Source: Hemiscyllium ocellatum (lineage: Eukaryota). Taken from it: a DNA stretch of 64,000 nt. The notes beneath the pieces are model-generated. The model did not search any database, was not told the origin of the DNA, and saw only the letters and a program-made list of their open reading frames with translations. The position numbers were made by a program, and so were the translations under genes. Positions 48,651 through 62,290 of this stretch are shown piece after piece. The stretch is taken from the NCBI RefSeq assembly GCF_020745735.1, contig NC_083405.1:62586345-62650344 (forward strand). The letters are read 5' to 3'. Each line of letters opens with the position of its first letter. Position 1 is the first letter of the stretch.

Positions 48651-49754
48651 CTGAAAGGAGAAAGTGACCCGTGTCAGTTCTTTGAAAGCAAACAAATCTT
48701 TACAATCTAAAGACAAAAAGCTTCAACTACAAATTAGAAAAATAAGAAATAAATGTTTTAAAGAACTAACTATAAAAACAAAAAAAAAGCAAGAGCTGTG
48801 CTCTTTAATAGCAGCATCCAGCATGTTAAACTGTGATTGCAAAATTGTAATTTTTCCTTCAATGTTTTGCAGTGTATATATTGCACACCTGTGATAAATA
48901 TCGTGTATGGCTACATGGCTGTATGCTAACAGTTAGACTGCAGCATCTGTGATGTTAGACCACATGGGATTAGGACCTGTTTGAAGGTTCTACTTAAGTC
49001 TAGGTCAACTATTATAGTGTAGAGATAAAAATGATTGTCTGTCTGGTGTTCAATCCTCAACTATCTAAAGCTAAGAATCTGCTCATGGTATTTATACACA
49101 GTCTGGAACCTGTAAAACTCGAACACATAGGATCATCAGATAATATCCTATTTATAACTCAACCAATTAGTTAGCCTGCTCCTGGCCCACCCCAAATATC
49201 TTTTCATCTAAGTTGAAATGGCTGTTTAAAGTGAAATGAGGAAATTAGAAAAACACAAGTGACTAAGATCTAAAGTGCTCTGCCAGAATGTGTGATGGAA
49301 GCAGCTTAACTCAATACAATCAAAATGAAATTACATGGTTTAAACAGGAACAACTTGCAGGCGAACAGCAAAAAGGCAGAAGAACACACAAAGTGAGAAA
49401 CTCATTTGGACTCCTTTTACACCGTAACAATTCTACAATTCTTCAAGCACCCATCCACATCATCAGCCACTCTCATTTCAACGCACTTATGGTTGAATTT
49501 TAGTGCAAATAAGGGTGGATGGATTTGAGTCAGATATCAACATTTGTAACATCTGAATTCCAAACTACTTACTGGTTGTACACAGCTGGAATGGAGATAG
49601 TGGCCAATCCAGTCTCTCAGAGTGGGTTGGTAAATTAAATATTTTAATGATGGTGCTGGTAGCCTCTGACTTAACCTGTTTTTCCAGTGAACTACCTTAT
49701 TTTCCAGACCTCGAGTGCCAACAATATACTACTAACTAACACTTACACAGCCAT

Positions 49755-50135
49755 AATCAGCTCACCAAAGCTCAATCTAAGTTCTGGTAGAACTACTCAG
49801 CTCCAAATCTTGATACAGTATCAATCCAAAAATGAACAGGAGCTGAATTCCAGAGGTGAGTGAAAGTGACTGCGCTTGACATTAAGAAAACGTTGTCTAC
49901 AAATGGATCACCAAAATGTCCTCATAAAATAGAAGTTAATACCAATCATGGGAATACTCTCGAATGGGTTGGAGTCATATTTAACACAAGAAAGATGGTT
50001 ATGCTTGTTGGCTATAAATTTTTTAACTTCAGGCCATTACTGCAGGAGTTTCTCAAGGAAGAATCCTAATCCCACCCATCTTCAGCTAACTCGTCAATGA
50101 CCTTCCATTCAGCAGAAGGTCAGAAGTGGGCTAGC
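49755..50135 (+). mobile_element. Old RT fragment of the tRNA-headed LINE family
   Basis: GAGCTGAATTCCAGAGGTGAG..VTALDIK, homologous to 32645-32700. Confidence 0.65.
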
Positions 50136-50624
50136 ACTAAAAATCGTTTTTTCTGACCATTATGACATGGGACTGAAAATGGTGTTTCCTACAACAATGA
50201 CTACACTTCAAAACCACTTCATCAGCTACAAATCATTTTGAACATGTTGGAGTTTGGAAGGCATTGTATAAATGCAAATCTAACTTGTCCAATGATTCAT
50301 ACCAAACTATAATGTTCACAGTCAAAATATATTATCTACAGAAAACAGAGTTTCCAATGTAAATCCTTTCACTGATTTAAACAAAACTTGAACCACCTCA
50401 AGAACATCACATTTCATCCTAAAATTAGCCCATCTACCATTGAAGCTCTCACACATGCAGTCAACAATTCTCTCTCACTACTCCAATGCTCCCTCTGTTT
50501 GCCTCCTACTTTTGAGCCTCAAGAAGCTCCAAACAAAATTGCTCCAATAGCCAATTGCACACAAAGTGGCTCCTGGTTCTTGAAGCCTCCAAATTAAATT
50601 AATTCCCTGTCTATTAAGTGCCAA

Positions 50625-50970
50625 CCATGGCTTAGTGGCAGCACTCTGTGGAACAGATTGTTGTGGCTCCAACAACAATGGCACATAATCCAGTTGAAAC
50701 TCATGCTGAAATATTGAGAGTCAAAGCAGGCGTCTTTTCCACTGAGACACACAGTTAAGGGATAAATGTTCTCTCTGGCAGACCTAAAAGATCTGAATGG
50801 TATAATTTCAAAAAAGAACATCTCTAACGTTTTAGCCAACACTTACCCTTCAATTAATTTAAAAAAAAACAAATTCACTCATCATCAGCACATTTCTGTG
50901 CAAGAGTTCTTGCTGTGTGTAAGTGGTTGCTGTATTTTCGTTATAGCAAATCAAAAAAGTATTCATCTTT
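50625..50970 (+). mobile_element. Degenerate DeuSINE
   Basis: A box TGGCTTAGTGG and decayed Deu-domain. Confidence 0.5.
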
Positions 50971-53119
50971 CCTCCCCTTTAAATGTTTCTGTGTCCACAT
51001 CTCACATAACTAGTTAGCCTATTCATCTCAATGATTTATCTTTGCTCATAACACATACTCTTAGTCAAAATCTTCATTCCTCTAATTTATTTTGCAATGT
51101 TCCTCCCAAATATCCTTTTCCTGCAACTACTTCTCCAGACTACTTTCTCTCAACTCGTATGTCCCTCAAACTTCCTGTTCACATTTAAATCCACCCTACA
51201 AGCATTTTGTTAGTAACTCTTATCTGCCTTCTTTGGCTCTGCATTTATCTTCTCATGTCTTGTAGCATAGTTTTATATTAAGGGAGACATATGATTGTTG
51301 CCAGAATAATTAAGTCAGGAAACTGATAAGAATAGTTGGGAGAATTGATGAATAGGTTTGAGCTAAGTGGGAATGATATTTTGGTGGATATGATGCACCT
51401 CTAAGGCAGAGAAGTTGAGATGTTCGGTGTGGAGAAGGAACTTGAGGAGTAAGGAAAGTGGAACTGGAATCAACAGCCATGCTGGTACCAGTGTGGCTGA
51501 ACACAGCCACATGGCAGATATTCAATTTGAGAAACAAACCATTGTTGACTAGTCCGGCTCTTGATCAAACTTATTTATCATTCTGTGTTGTGATTAGCTA
51601 AGCAAACTTTTCTTAACCCCATAAAGAAGAGGATCTTTCTTCTTCTGACAACTGAGTCATCTATATTAACTAAAGTGACAATACATGCTAAATCATGCAA
51701 AACATCTGTTGATCTCAGTCTTGAAAATTCCACTTGCTCAATATCCACAAAGTTTTGATGGAAGAGAAATCCAGATTTCTATTACTCCATGTGTTTTTTT
51801 TTCATATTTCATTGAAAATGGTCCTATTTGAATTTTAGGATTGCGACCCCTCCTTCACGGCCACAGAGCTCCCAGTATCTACCCAGATTGAATTCCTTAA
51901 CATTTTAAACACCTTCTCAGGATCACTTTAAACATAAGGAAATACAAAGGATGTTTACGCAATCTGCTCTTATGACATAATTCTTTAAGCCCCAGGTTGT
52001 GCTGAAGTGATCTTGAGTCACAATGATAGAGTACTTTCTCTGAGCCAGAAGCTCAGATTCAAGTCTCATTCAGAGTTGATAGCCAAGGAAGATGTATTTA
52101 ACACAATCAAACTGGTTGAGTATCATATTTTAAGTCACACACAAACTGCAGTAGGAGTGGAAGAAATTCCTAGCCAGCCATATGAACCTCTACCATCACT
52201 ATTCATAATTCCAGGCTACAGTATGCATGTAAAAAAAAGTATGTTTCCACTGCAACTTGGACCCTTGAGGCTGGTTAGTTGGACATCCAATGTGAGCCAG
52301 ATTGGTGCCAACAGCATGTTGGTTCAATCTGCCTTCTGACTGAGATGGACTGGTACCTACTTCCTGTCCTTCTGTGGTGGAAGTCAAGGCACTGAGGATC
52401 AGACCTGCCTTCGAGCAAAGAAGTCAAGGTGAAGACTGCCATTCTAGGGATTATATCACATTCCAAGTCCAATTTTCATGAGGCAGTGCTCAGAATGGCA
52501 CACAATACAACAAATTACCTAATTAATCTAACTCCAAAACAATGTAACAATGTTATCACCAATTCCATATACTTTATAGTTTTGTTCAAATCAACTAGTC
52601 AGACTTGATCTACTCTTTACAAAACTACATCAATGATCGGATTGTGCACCTCAAAGGACTGAGTGATATGGTCTGTCATGATACATTCCACAAACTGCTC
52701 CCCACAAGTGACAATAAACTGACAATTTTGATTTTCTCATTTCCCCTTCTCTATTTACTTTGAGGAAGTGATAATCACAGCTTTCCACTTCAAGAACATT
52801 ATTTCTGAATCCAGAGGGCTTGGAAAATTGGACAAACAAAGCTCTAATTTCCTCACATTTTTTCAACGCTGTATCTCGTGTGGAAGTTGTCAGATTCAAG
52901 AGTTATGCTGATCCCAAATTCTTTTACTTTCTCTAAAAGCATTTTTTTCCCAAAATCTTGTCTTAAGTCTTGAAAATTCTTCCCTTGGCTTATTTTTTTA
53001 ATAATTTCATGGCTTACTTTTTAGATTTCAAAGATCTGCTGGTATTTTGTCCTCCTCTTCAATCCTAAGGAGCCATAGATAACAAAGGACAATAGGCATA
53101 TCTCAACAAAGAAAGGCCC

Positions 53120-53430
53120 AATTATCTCCACAGATGTTTGAGATGTATCCTTGACATCGCATGAAATGAGCAAGTCATCAATAAAGCAGGACTGTGGGGC
53201 ACAAATGCCAAGTATATAGGAGTAATCAAGCAGAGAAGGGTGCACTAGCTTCAACATATGCACAAGTTGGAACATAACCACGGTCCCAAAGTTGTGTTAT
53301 GCAGAGAGACATCCTGTACTAAGTGACCTATGGGGTGCCCAAGGCAGTGATTCAAGGATGTGTCAAAAGAGATATGAAGGACCTCAACATCAATCACAAA
53401 AGTAGAAAACTCCAGTTAACAACTGATACA
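53120..53430 (+). mobile_element. RTE-clade LINE fragment
   Basis: HRCLRCILDIA*NEQVIN and GCPRQ*FKD..KRDMKDLNI motifs. Confidence 0.7.
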
Positions 53431-54285
53431 GAATCACAAAACTGATGCAGCACAGTAACATAGAACACAGAACAATACGGCACAAAATTTGTCCATCATT
53501 TCAATGCTGATCACGATGGCATTCTGCTGTACGTGGTCCATGTTCCTCTATTTAATGCCTGTTCTTGAGTCTGTCTAATACATCTTAAACTTTGCTAATG
53601 TATATACTTCTACCACATCCCCTGGCAGCATGTTCAAGGGACCTACCACCATCTGTGTAAAATGCGTTCCTTACACATCTCTTTTAAACTTGCCCTGACA
53701 CACGTTAAACTTATGCTCCAATTAAGCCCATTGTGTCAGTGCTGTTTCTACAAATGAGCATCACATTTCATGCCATTCTCCTGTCTTTTCCCAGAATATC
53801 TAAATCCCTTCTGAACGTCTTCATTGGATTTACTTCCACTGCACTCACTGGCAATGCATTCCAGACCCTTGCTGCTTGAAATTGCTCTCTTGTTCTTAAT
53901 CCTTACACGATGGGAAAATTTTCTCTGTATTTATTCTGTCTAGACCACTCATGACTTTGAATATTTCCATCACATCACTTTCAGACAACCTTTTGTCAAG
54001 GAGGACAGACTCAGCTTCTCTGATTTACTTTAACTAGAACCATTCTCGTAAACCTCTTCTGCAATCTCTTTCATTCCTTTACACTCTTTCGAAAGCGCAG
54101 TGCCCAGACAGGATGTAATACCCCCTCTGATGCCAAACTAGGGACTTACAAAAGTTAAATATAGCCTTACTCTTGTAAACAATGTCACTATTAATATAAA
54201 GCAGATGCTAACCCTACAAATAAAGTGCCAATAGTGATCATCCCGGAGTGCATGTAGTACCTGTAAAAGACTTTGCCTTTCCACA

Positions 54286-54385
54286 AATAAAGACAGAAGT
54301 AGCTGGAAAAGCTCAGCAGGTCTGGCAGCATCTGTGAAGAGAAATCAAAGTTAACGTTTCGGGTCCAATGACCCTTACTCAAGAG
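54286..54385 (-). mobile_element. PLE-derived family B half element
   Basis: - strand TTGAGTA-A-GGGTC-ATTG-GACCC-GAAA-CGTT-AAC (hammerhead with mutated core). Confidence 0.8.
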
Positions 54386-55086
54386 CTTCCAAAATCAGCC
54401 AGTTCACCTAGTTTAAAGGTATTAGGACCCACTTGACAGAGCATGCTGATTCTCAAGCCCTGTTACTCATGGGGTCATCATAAAAGGTTAATGATTTATT
54501 CAAAGTACATAAAGTCCCCAATTCACCCATCTAGTGGAATCAGGTTAACTGAAACCATTGAGCAAATACTTGCACTTAACAAGAACATATATTCATTACA
54601 AATAGTTTTGATGACGTGGCTAGAATCCATGAATTATAAACATATAACTCTACTAGTTGAAGCTCTTAACACCATTTTAAAATGCCAATACAGACAAACA
54701 TAAACACAAAGAAACAGGATGGTTGGAAAAATAAAATGAGGGGGAAATAATGTTCAATAGCACTAGTTCACAGCATTGATGAAATTTTCCTTTTGCTTCC
54801 ACTTTTGATCTTCACTTTGAGTATTTATGATTTTATTTAAAACATCTTGTCCACATCCACTTTTCTCTTCATTTGTGGAATCTCTCCTTTCAGCTGAGTT
54901 CTAAATCTCACCTCATTTGCTTAAAAGCTGAGAGAAGACTGTTGTCTTTGAGGAATATGGACTGGTTTTATCATTAGAACATTTGCATGTTTCAATACTT
55001 CTTCCCATTACTTATAAGTTTGCCCATTAACAATTCAGCCACATTGTGATCATTTACATTGCATTAATTTGAAATTTGCCTTAGTT

Positions 55087-56160
55087 ATAGAGTCGGAGTT
55101 ATACAGTATGCAAATAGACCCTTTGGTCCAACCAGTCCATGCCTACAATAATTCCAAACTCAACTAGTACCAACTGTCTGCACTTGGCCCACATCCCTCC
55201 AAACATTTCTTAATCACATACTTATCCAAATGTCTTTTAAACATTCTAATTGTACCCGCACCCAGCACTTGCTCTGGAAGTTCATTCCAGACACGATCTA
55301 CCCTTTGTGTAAAAAAAATTGACATTATGTCTTTTTTAAATCTTTCTCTTCTCACCTTAAAAATATGCCCCCTTTTCTTGAAATCCCTCTCTCTCGAGAA
55401 AGGACATCTGCCATTCATCTTACCTAAAACTTTCATTATTTTATAAACCTCTAAGGTCATCTCTCAACCTCCTGTGCTCCAGTGAAAAAATTCCCAGCCT
55501 ATCCAGCCTCTCAGAGTCAGAGATGTACAGCATGGAAACAGACCCTTTGGTCCAACTTGTCCACGCTGACCACATATCCTAAATTAATCTAGTCCCATTT
55601 GCCAGCACCTGGCCCATATCCCTCTAAACCCTTCCTATTCATATACACATCCAGATGCCTTTTAAATGTTGTACCAGCCTCCACCAACTCTGACAGCTCA
55701 TTCCATACATGCACTACCCTCTGCATGGAAAAATTTGCCCTTATGTCCCTTTTAAATTTTTCCTCTCTCTCCTTAAACCTTCACTCTCTAGTTCTGGACC
55801 TCCCCAACCCTCATGATTTAATAAACCTCTACGTTTTCTTAGCTTCCAATGCGCCAAGGAAAATAGTCTCATCCTATTCAACCTCTCCAGACAGCTCAAA
55901 CCTCCAACTCTTGTAAATCTTTTTTGAACCCTTCCAAGTTTCACAATATCCTTTCTATAGGAGGTAGACCAGAATTGTACACAATATTTCAGAAGTGACC
56001 TAACCAGTATTCTCTAAGCCACAACATGACCTCCTAACCCCTATACTCAATGTGCTGACCAATAACGGAAAGTATATCAAAGGATCTACCCGTGACTCTA
56101 CTTGCAAGGAACAACGAACCTGAACTCCAAGGTCTCTTTGTTCGGCAATAATCCCCAGGA
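55087..56160 (-). mobile_element. Two tandem CR1 3' fragments
   Basis: FFTQRVDRVWNELP; RVQKRFTR; tails at about 55090 and 55515. Confidence 0.9.
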
Positions 56161-56482
56161 TCACTCCATCCAAAGACTGAATTGACTGAATGTTTGAACT
56201 GCTTCTAATGAAATTATACTCTAAAGTAAGGAGCAGGATTCAGACTTGTCGAATTTATTCCTTCTGGTGTAACAAACACAAAGAAAGTCTTGGACTTTTA
56301 TTGTAGCAGACCCAAAAATAAAGGATAGTTCTCTAAGTCAGCATATACCACGGTAATCATTTTATATGCTTTCCTCCCCATTCCCAGAACTGCATAAGTA
56401 ACAGTTGTACCTGGAAGATTTCATCCTTGTGTGACTCAAAGGAATGCAACTATATATGATGGAAACTTCATGGTTAAGAAAG

Positions 56483-56488
<6 letters not shown>

Positions 56489-56540
<52 letters not shown>
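56489..56540. repeat. (GT)26 microsatellite
   Basis: Perfect dinucleotide run. Confidence 0.95.
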
Positions 56541-56544
<4 letters not shown>

Positions 56545-56849
56545 CCCTCCGTTCTACAATACTGCCAAAGGCACTACTTTTAATTGTATAAGTCTTGCCT
56601 TTGTTTGTTTTGCAAAAATCAATACCTTGCATTTATTCAAATTAAACTCCATCTGCCATTCTTCAGCACATTGACTCAATTGATCAATATCTCTTTTGTA
56701 ACTTTAGAAAAAACTTTCTTCAATGTCCAGTATATCACCAATCTTGGTGTCATCCATCCACCCACACTAATCATGCTTTCAATATTCTCAATTATTTATA
56801 TAAATGACAACAAAACTGGACTCAGCCCCAATCCCTGTCAAAGGAGCAA

Positions 56850-57573
56850 AACCTGACCTTCGAGTAATAGGGCAAGTGACTGGTGTGATAGTAGAGGAAC
56901 ACTTTGGGTTGAGTGATCATAATTCTATTTGTTTTAAAATAGGTATGAAAAAGGATAAACCTTCCATAAAAACTAAATATTTAAATGGAGTAAGAAAAAT
57001 TTTAATGGTATGAGACAAGAACTTTCAAAAATTGATTGCAGTAGACTGGAATATTGTGTGCAATTCTGGTCTCCCTCCTAAATGAAGGATGTTGAGAAAT
57101 TTGAAAGTGTTCAGAAAAGACTTATAAGGATCTTGCCAGGGTTGGAGGGTTTAAACTATAAGGAGAGGCTCAACAGGCTGGGGCTATTTTCCCTGGAGCA
57201 TCAGAAGCTGATGGGTGACCTTATAGAGGATTTTTTAAATCACGCGGATTTTATAGACAAGGTATTTTCCCTGGGTTAGGGGAGTCCAGAGCTAGAGGGT
57301 ATAGATTTAGGGTGAGAGGGGAAAGATTTAAAAACAATCTAAAGGGCAACATTTTCACACAGACTGTGCGTGGAATGAGCTGCCAGAGGAAGTGGTGGAG
57401 GCTGGTATAATTACAACATTTAAAAGACATCTGGATGGGTATATGAATAGGAAGGATTTAGAGGGATATGGACCAAGTGCTGGCAAATGGGACTAGATTA
57501 GGTTAGGTTATCTGGTCGGTATGGATGAGTTGGATCTAAAATTCTGTCTCCAATGTGCACATTTCTATGATCT
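56850..57573 (+). mobile_element. CR1 with large internal deletion
   Basis: EHFGLSDHNSI (endonuclease end) joined to LEYCVQFWSP and the 3' tail. Confidence 0.85.
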
Positions 57574-57849
57574 CAAGAGAAGGGAGAGACTGAAAAGAAT
57601 TTTGTCGACTAGATGTGAACTACAAGTTTAGTTTAATATAAATACTTCACTTTTTAAACTTAACCTGTGAGGGTCAGTGTAGACTTGTTCTCTTTGTGCC
57701 ATTGGAATAAAGCATCTCTGCTTCATGATCTTCGGCTTGTGAATATGTTTAAATGCCACAATACACCAACAGGTTTAATTATTTGATGGTTTCCTTCTTG
57801 TTAACTTGTCACTAATTTAAACACTTTAACATGACATTTGTCCTTGGCA

Positions 57850-59070
57850 ATTTTGATGTTACTGCAGCAAATTGTTCTGAGTACTTTGTCTAAAATCACA
57901 TCAAATAAATCATGTATGGATGGAGGATTGGCTGACTGGCAGAAGGCAGACAGTAGGGATATTTTCCAGGCTGGCAGCTGGTGACAAGTGGAGTTGCACA
58001 GAGGCCCATGTTGAGACAACAACTATTTATGTTATACATTAACGATCTGAACGAAGGAAATGAGAGTATTGTTGCTAAGTCTGCACATATACAAAGAGTG
58101 ATGGAGGGACAGGCAGTGTTGAGGAAGAGGAAAGGCTGCAGAAGAATTAGACAGGCTAGGAGAGTGGGGAAAGAAGTGACAGGTGGAATACGATGTAGGA
58201 AAGTGCGAAGTTGCACATTTTGTTAGGAAGAATAGAGGTGTAACCTAAATAGGCCAGAGCTTTGTAAATCTGAAGCACAAAGAGACTTGGGAGTCCTAGT
58301 TCAGGGTTCTCTTTAGGTTAACATGCAGATTCACTTGGCAGTGAGGATGACAAATTTTAAAAAAAATCAGCTTTCATTTCAAAAAGACTAGGATAAAAGA
58401 TTAGGGATGTACTGATGAGCCTAAGACTCTGGTCAGACTGCATTTTGAACATTGTGAGGGTCAATGTAGACTTGTTGGGCCAAAGGGCCTGTTTTGACAC
58501 TGTATTATTCTATCAATATCTACATTTTGGGCCCTACAGCGAAGAAAGGTTATGCTTCATTGGAGAGGGTCCAGAGGAGGTGTACGAGAATGATTCTGGG
58601 GATGATGGGCTTGTCACAGGAGGACTGGTTGAGGATTCTGGGTGGCAGAATACTTGATGGCATTCAGAAGGCTGAGGGTGGATTTCATTGAAAGTTACAG
58701 AATACTGAGAAGCCTGGATAGAGTCGCAATGGATGAGATGTTTCCACTAGTAGGAGAGACTAGGACCCAAGGGCACAGCCCTCAAATGAAATGATGGTCC
58801 TTTAGTACTGAGATGAGAAGGAAATTCTTCAGCCAGAGAGTGGTTAATCTGTTGAACTCATTGCTGCAGAGAGTTGTGGAGGCCAAGTCACTGAGTGCAT
58901 TTAAGACAGAGATAGATATGTTCTTGATTGGTAGGGGGACTGAGAGTTACAATGGGGGAAACGGGCAGGATAATGGAGTTGAGAAACATATGAGCCATGA
59001 CTGAATGGCTGGTGAAGCAGACTCGACAAGCCAAATGGCCCAATTTCTGCCCCTATCGCTTATGATCTTA
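57850..59070 (+). mobile_element. Older CR1 RT/3' region
   Basis: VTSGVAQ..LFMLYINDL; ERVQRR; FFSQRVVNL. Confidence 0.85.
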
Positions 59071-59736
59071 AGGTCTGTGTGGTATGTCTGAACACAGCTG
59101 CTAACTTGTATTAAGTAGCTTTCACTAACAGGGAGATGGAAATGAATCGCTCCATTTTGTGAAATGTTGGCCAAAGCACGGGATGATTTATCGGCTTTTC
59201 TTCAAATTGTGCAACAGAATAGTTAACATTCATCTGACAGCCCTAGTTGCAATGACACCTCCAACTACACAACATTTTCTTAGTTGTAGAAAGCACCAAC
59301 CAATCAAGATTTTGTACTCAACTTAATTATCAAATAAGGTCTAAAATTACAACTTTCTGATTCGGAACGATATTATTTTTACGGGATCAAAATGTTATTT
59401 GCATGTATATGTTAAGTTTAAAAATTCAAAACCAAACAAGCAAATTTCAGTAAGTGGGTGTGGTTTGTGCTTGACCTCATATTCTTCAACTCTCTAATCC
59501 CATCGAAGTTCAAAATGTTTGGCATATTAAACACATTATCACACCATCGATAAGACTATATCGGTAAACAAATAATTGTACTTTTCCCCTTAGTCAAATA
59601 AAACAATTTACCAATTTTACGCTACACATCTTTGAACACCAAAAGCGAGACCTTCATTGAAAATTAAAAGAAGTTGTAATTAAAAAGATTTCATTTGCAA
59701 TCACTCGGTTAAGTTCAATAGTTGGACCTTATTTAC

Positions 59737-59754
59737 CTACAGCTGCTGAAAGGC
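59737..59754 (-). other. Candidate 18-nt micro-exon (or 3' end of exon 1) of the - strand transcript
   Basis: TTTTCTCCTTTTTTTTGTCCCCAG|GCCTTTCAGCAGCTGTAG|GTAAAT. Confidence 0.45.
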
Positions 59755-59839
59755 CTGGGGACAAAAAAAAGGAGAAAACTTTTCAACCTCGAGCTCTCTC
59801 CATTTTACTTCTTCATTTGTACAACAACTGAGACAACTT

Positions 59840-60700
59840 TCCCCGGCAGTGTCCGGAAGGAAAAAGAGAATCAAGGAGCTAATCTCCCTTCGGCAATTAA
59901 TTAAAACATTATTTTACTTTTTTTAACCCAACAAAATAGATGTGTCTTCAGCGCCGGCCGAACACTGCATACTGGTCCCTGTAGTCTCTCTACTCCACAA
60001 GCTGCTTTCAAACAGGCGATGGTGCCGTGGCTGTGGAACTACAACTCCCGAGATGCTATGAAGTAGCACAGGAAGTGTTTGTGCATTGTTCTCCCCGCCC
60101 CTCCCGAAGCAGCGGCTTGTGGTTCCGGGAGGCGGCCTGCGGTGTAAGTGGAGCGGAGAGAGGAAAGCAGTGTGGAAGCCTCACCGGCCATCCCACCCGC
60201 TCACCACTACCATGAAACCTACAGCGCCTCTGCAGCTCTCTCACTCCATACGGCACATCCTCCTCTTCCTGCTGGTGAGTGCCTTTACTGATTTTTAGGT
60301 TCAGTCTCTGGACTTGGAGCGGACCCCTCACCCCCCTCCTCCTCCTCCTCCTCCCCCCCCTCACTAAAGCCGGTTGGACAAGGCGGGGGAGCCCGAGTCC
60401 GCCGCAGTCTGGTGTGGGAGAGGCCCTGTCTGCGCCGCCGCTCTCTGAACTGTGGCCCCAGGTCAGTACCCCCCCCCCCCCCCCCCGGGGGCTTCAAGGC
60501 TCGCCTCTGGATTGTGACAAAATAAGATGGAGTTTAACCGGTGTGTCGCCGCCTTGGTTTATATAACTTAGCGCCGTCTTGTTCTGTATTTTCCATTCAT
60601 TAGCCGCCGGTTTAATCTCCCGGATCTGCCTTGTCCGTCCTGTGTGTGTGTGTGTGTGTCCACTTTTCATAGGCGGAGAGATCAGGCCCGGCACCCGGAA
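59840..60700. promoter_or_regulatory. CpG island, probable bidirectional promoter
   Basis: GC/CpG-rich; ZNF143/SBS motif ACTACAACTCCCGAGATGC 60038-60056 and a degenerate opposite copy 59967-59985; ETS CAGGAAGTG 60069-60077; GC box near 60093. Confidence 0.85.
60212..60274 (+). CDS. First coding exon of an unidentified gene, signal peptide/anchor-like MKPTAPLQLSHSIRHILLFLL
   Basis: Kozak CTACCATGA; 63 nt ending at canonical donor CTG|GTGAGT; directly downstream of the promoter motifs. Confidence 0.65.
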
Positions 60701-61494
60701 ATACTGAGTGTGTATTGCTGTTTCCTTATCCATCCAAACCAAATCTGGCCCACAGAGAAACACTTTCATTTCATTGGAATAACCTGATGGTAGTTCAGCA
60801 GCCAACAACTGAATTTATATCCAGCTTTTTGTTTTTACTGAGACAAAACGTTCAGAAAATCCCCGCTTGACAGTGATCTGAAAAAAAATGGACTCATAAC
60901 TAATGAAGGAGATATTAGAGGAGCGATTAGTAGTTTGGTGGGGGAAAGGAAAAGTTGCAGAGAATTCCAGTGAGTTGGGGCTTGACGAGGCAGCCGCCAA
61001 CGGTCCACCATTTGTACGAGAGGCGAGAGATTGATGGGCATAGATTACTGTGGGAGGTTACTGAGATAAGAGGCCCGGCTGTTAGATTTAAACATAAGGA
61101 TATTGATGTTAGGTCTCAGGTGTTGGAGTACAAAGAGCCAGGCTGACTACTGGAGATGATGGAAAGTGAAGGAGGCGTTTTGGAATAGTTGTATGAAGGA
61201 AACAAAGACGTGGATTAAGATTTCATTCTTTCATGTGACCTGAGACAGAGATAGAAGCCTTTGTGATGGACAGTCAGAAGTTCAACACGGATTTCACAGG
61301 ACAATTAAATTGCAAATAGTATAGCTCATTCCGATTGTGGGGACAAAGGATAGGTGACAACAGTGGCAAAGGTATAAAGTTTCTGACAGGACAGGTAATG
61401 GCTTCAGTTTCACATTTGTATCTCAGAAATATTGAGGAAACCAGATACAATAAAGGTGTTAAATTCCAACAAATCTGATTTGTTGTGGGAGATC

Positions 61495-62290
61495 TGTATT
61501 CCGGATCCTAATCAATCTTTTCAGTACAGTTATAATGCTGACAATATCTATCTTTTAATATGCAAAATTGCCCAGGAATGTTATGTCGACAACACAGGAC
61601 AGTCTGGCTAATTACCAGTTCATTATTCAAGTCATGATTTCAATCAAAATGATGGAAAGAGTTGTCAACGGTGCTGTGAAGTGGTGACTGCTGATTTGAA
61701 CATAAGTGAAAGCAGGTTAGCAATTTAGGTTTTGCTGGAACTGCTTGGCCATAGACTTCATTGTAGCACAAGTCCAAAGGTGAAGGCAAGGATAACTGCC
61801 CTTGATATGAAGGCAACATTTAACTTAGTAACACAAATTAGTGCATCATTAGGAACAGTGGCAAACACTCTAGTGGCTGGGATTCATACTGGCATAAGAG
61901 CAAATAATTGCTGAAGGCAGTCATCTTGAACTCAGAACATTGCTTCAGGAATTCCTCAGGACAACATTACATACACCTATCATTCATTGCTTAATCAAAA
62001 ATTTTTCCTCTTTCAAATTCAGTGGTCAGATCCAAGATGGTTCTTTCACAGCATCTCCCAAAACTACATTCTCTCGGTTCATGTACATGTTGGATACCAT
62101 GCTGACTTTGACTTAATTTGTTGTTCCTTTCATTCGTGTTTTTAAAAACTTGGAGTTCCATACATAATAGTATTGTGAGAGCATTTCTAGTCCATAGCCT
62201 GCAATGGTTCAAGAAGGCAAGCTTCTACCATATTCTCAAAAAAGTAAGTCAGCAACAAATACACCCACATCTGAAGAATTAATGCAAAAA
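61495..62290 (+). mobile_element. Old, deleted copy of the tRNA-headed LINE family
   Basis: CKIAQ, ANY, ITALDMKATF, GIPQ motifs and tail GGTTCAAGAAGGC..CACCCACATC. Confidence 0.65.

Noticed and set aside
60212-60298. Resemblance of LLFLL-VSAF to the SELENOF N-terminus
   Set aside because: VSAF is simply the translated splice donor GTGAGTGCCTTT; no gene symbol is supportable.
60056-60808. Several overlapping ORFs in the CpG island
   Set aside because: Low-complexity, GC-driven open frames; only 60212-60274 has both Kozak and donor support.
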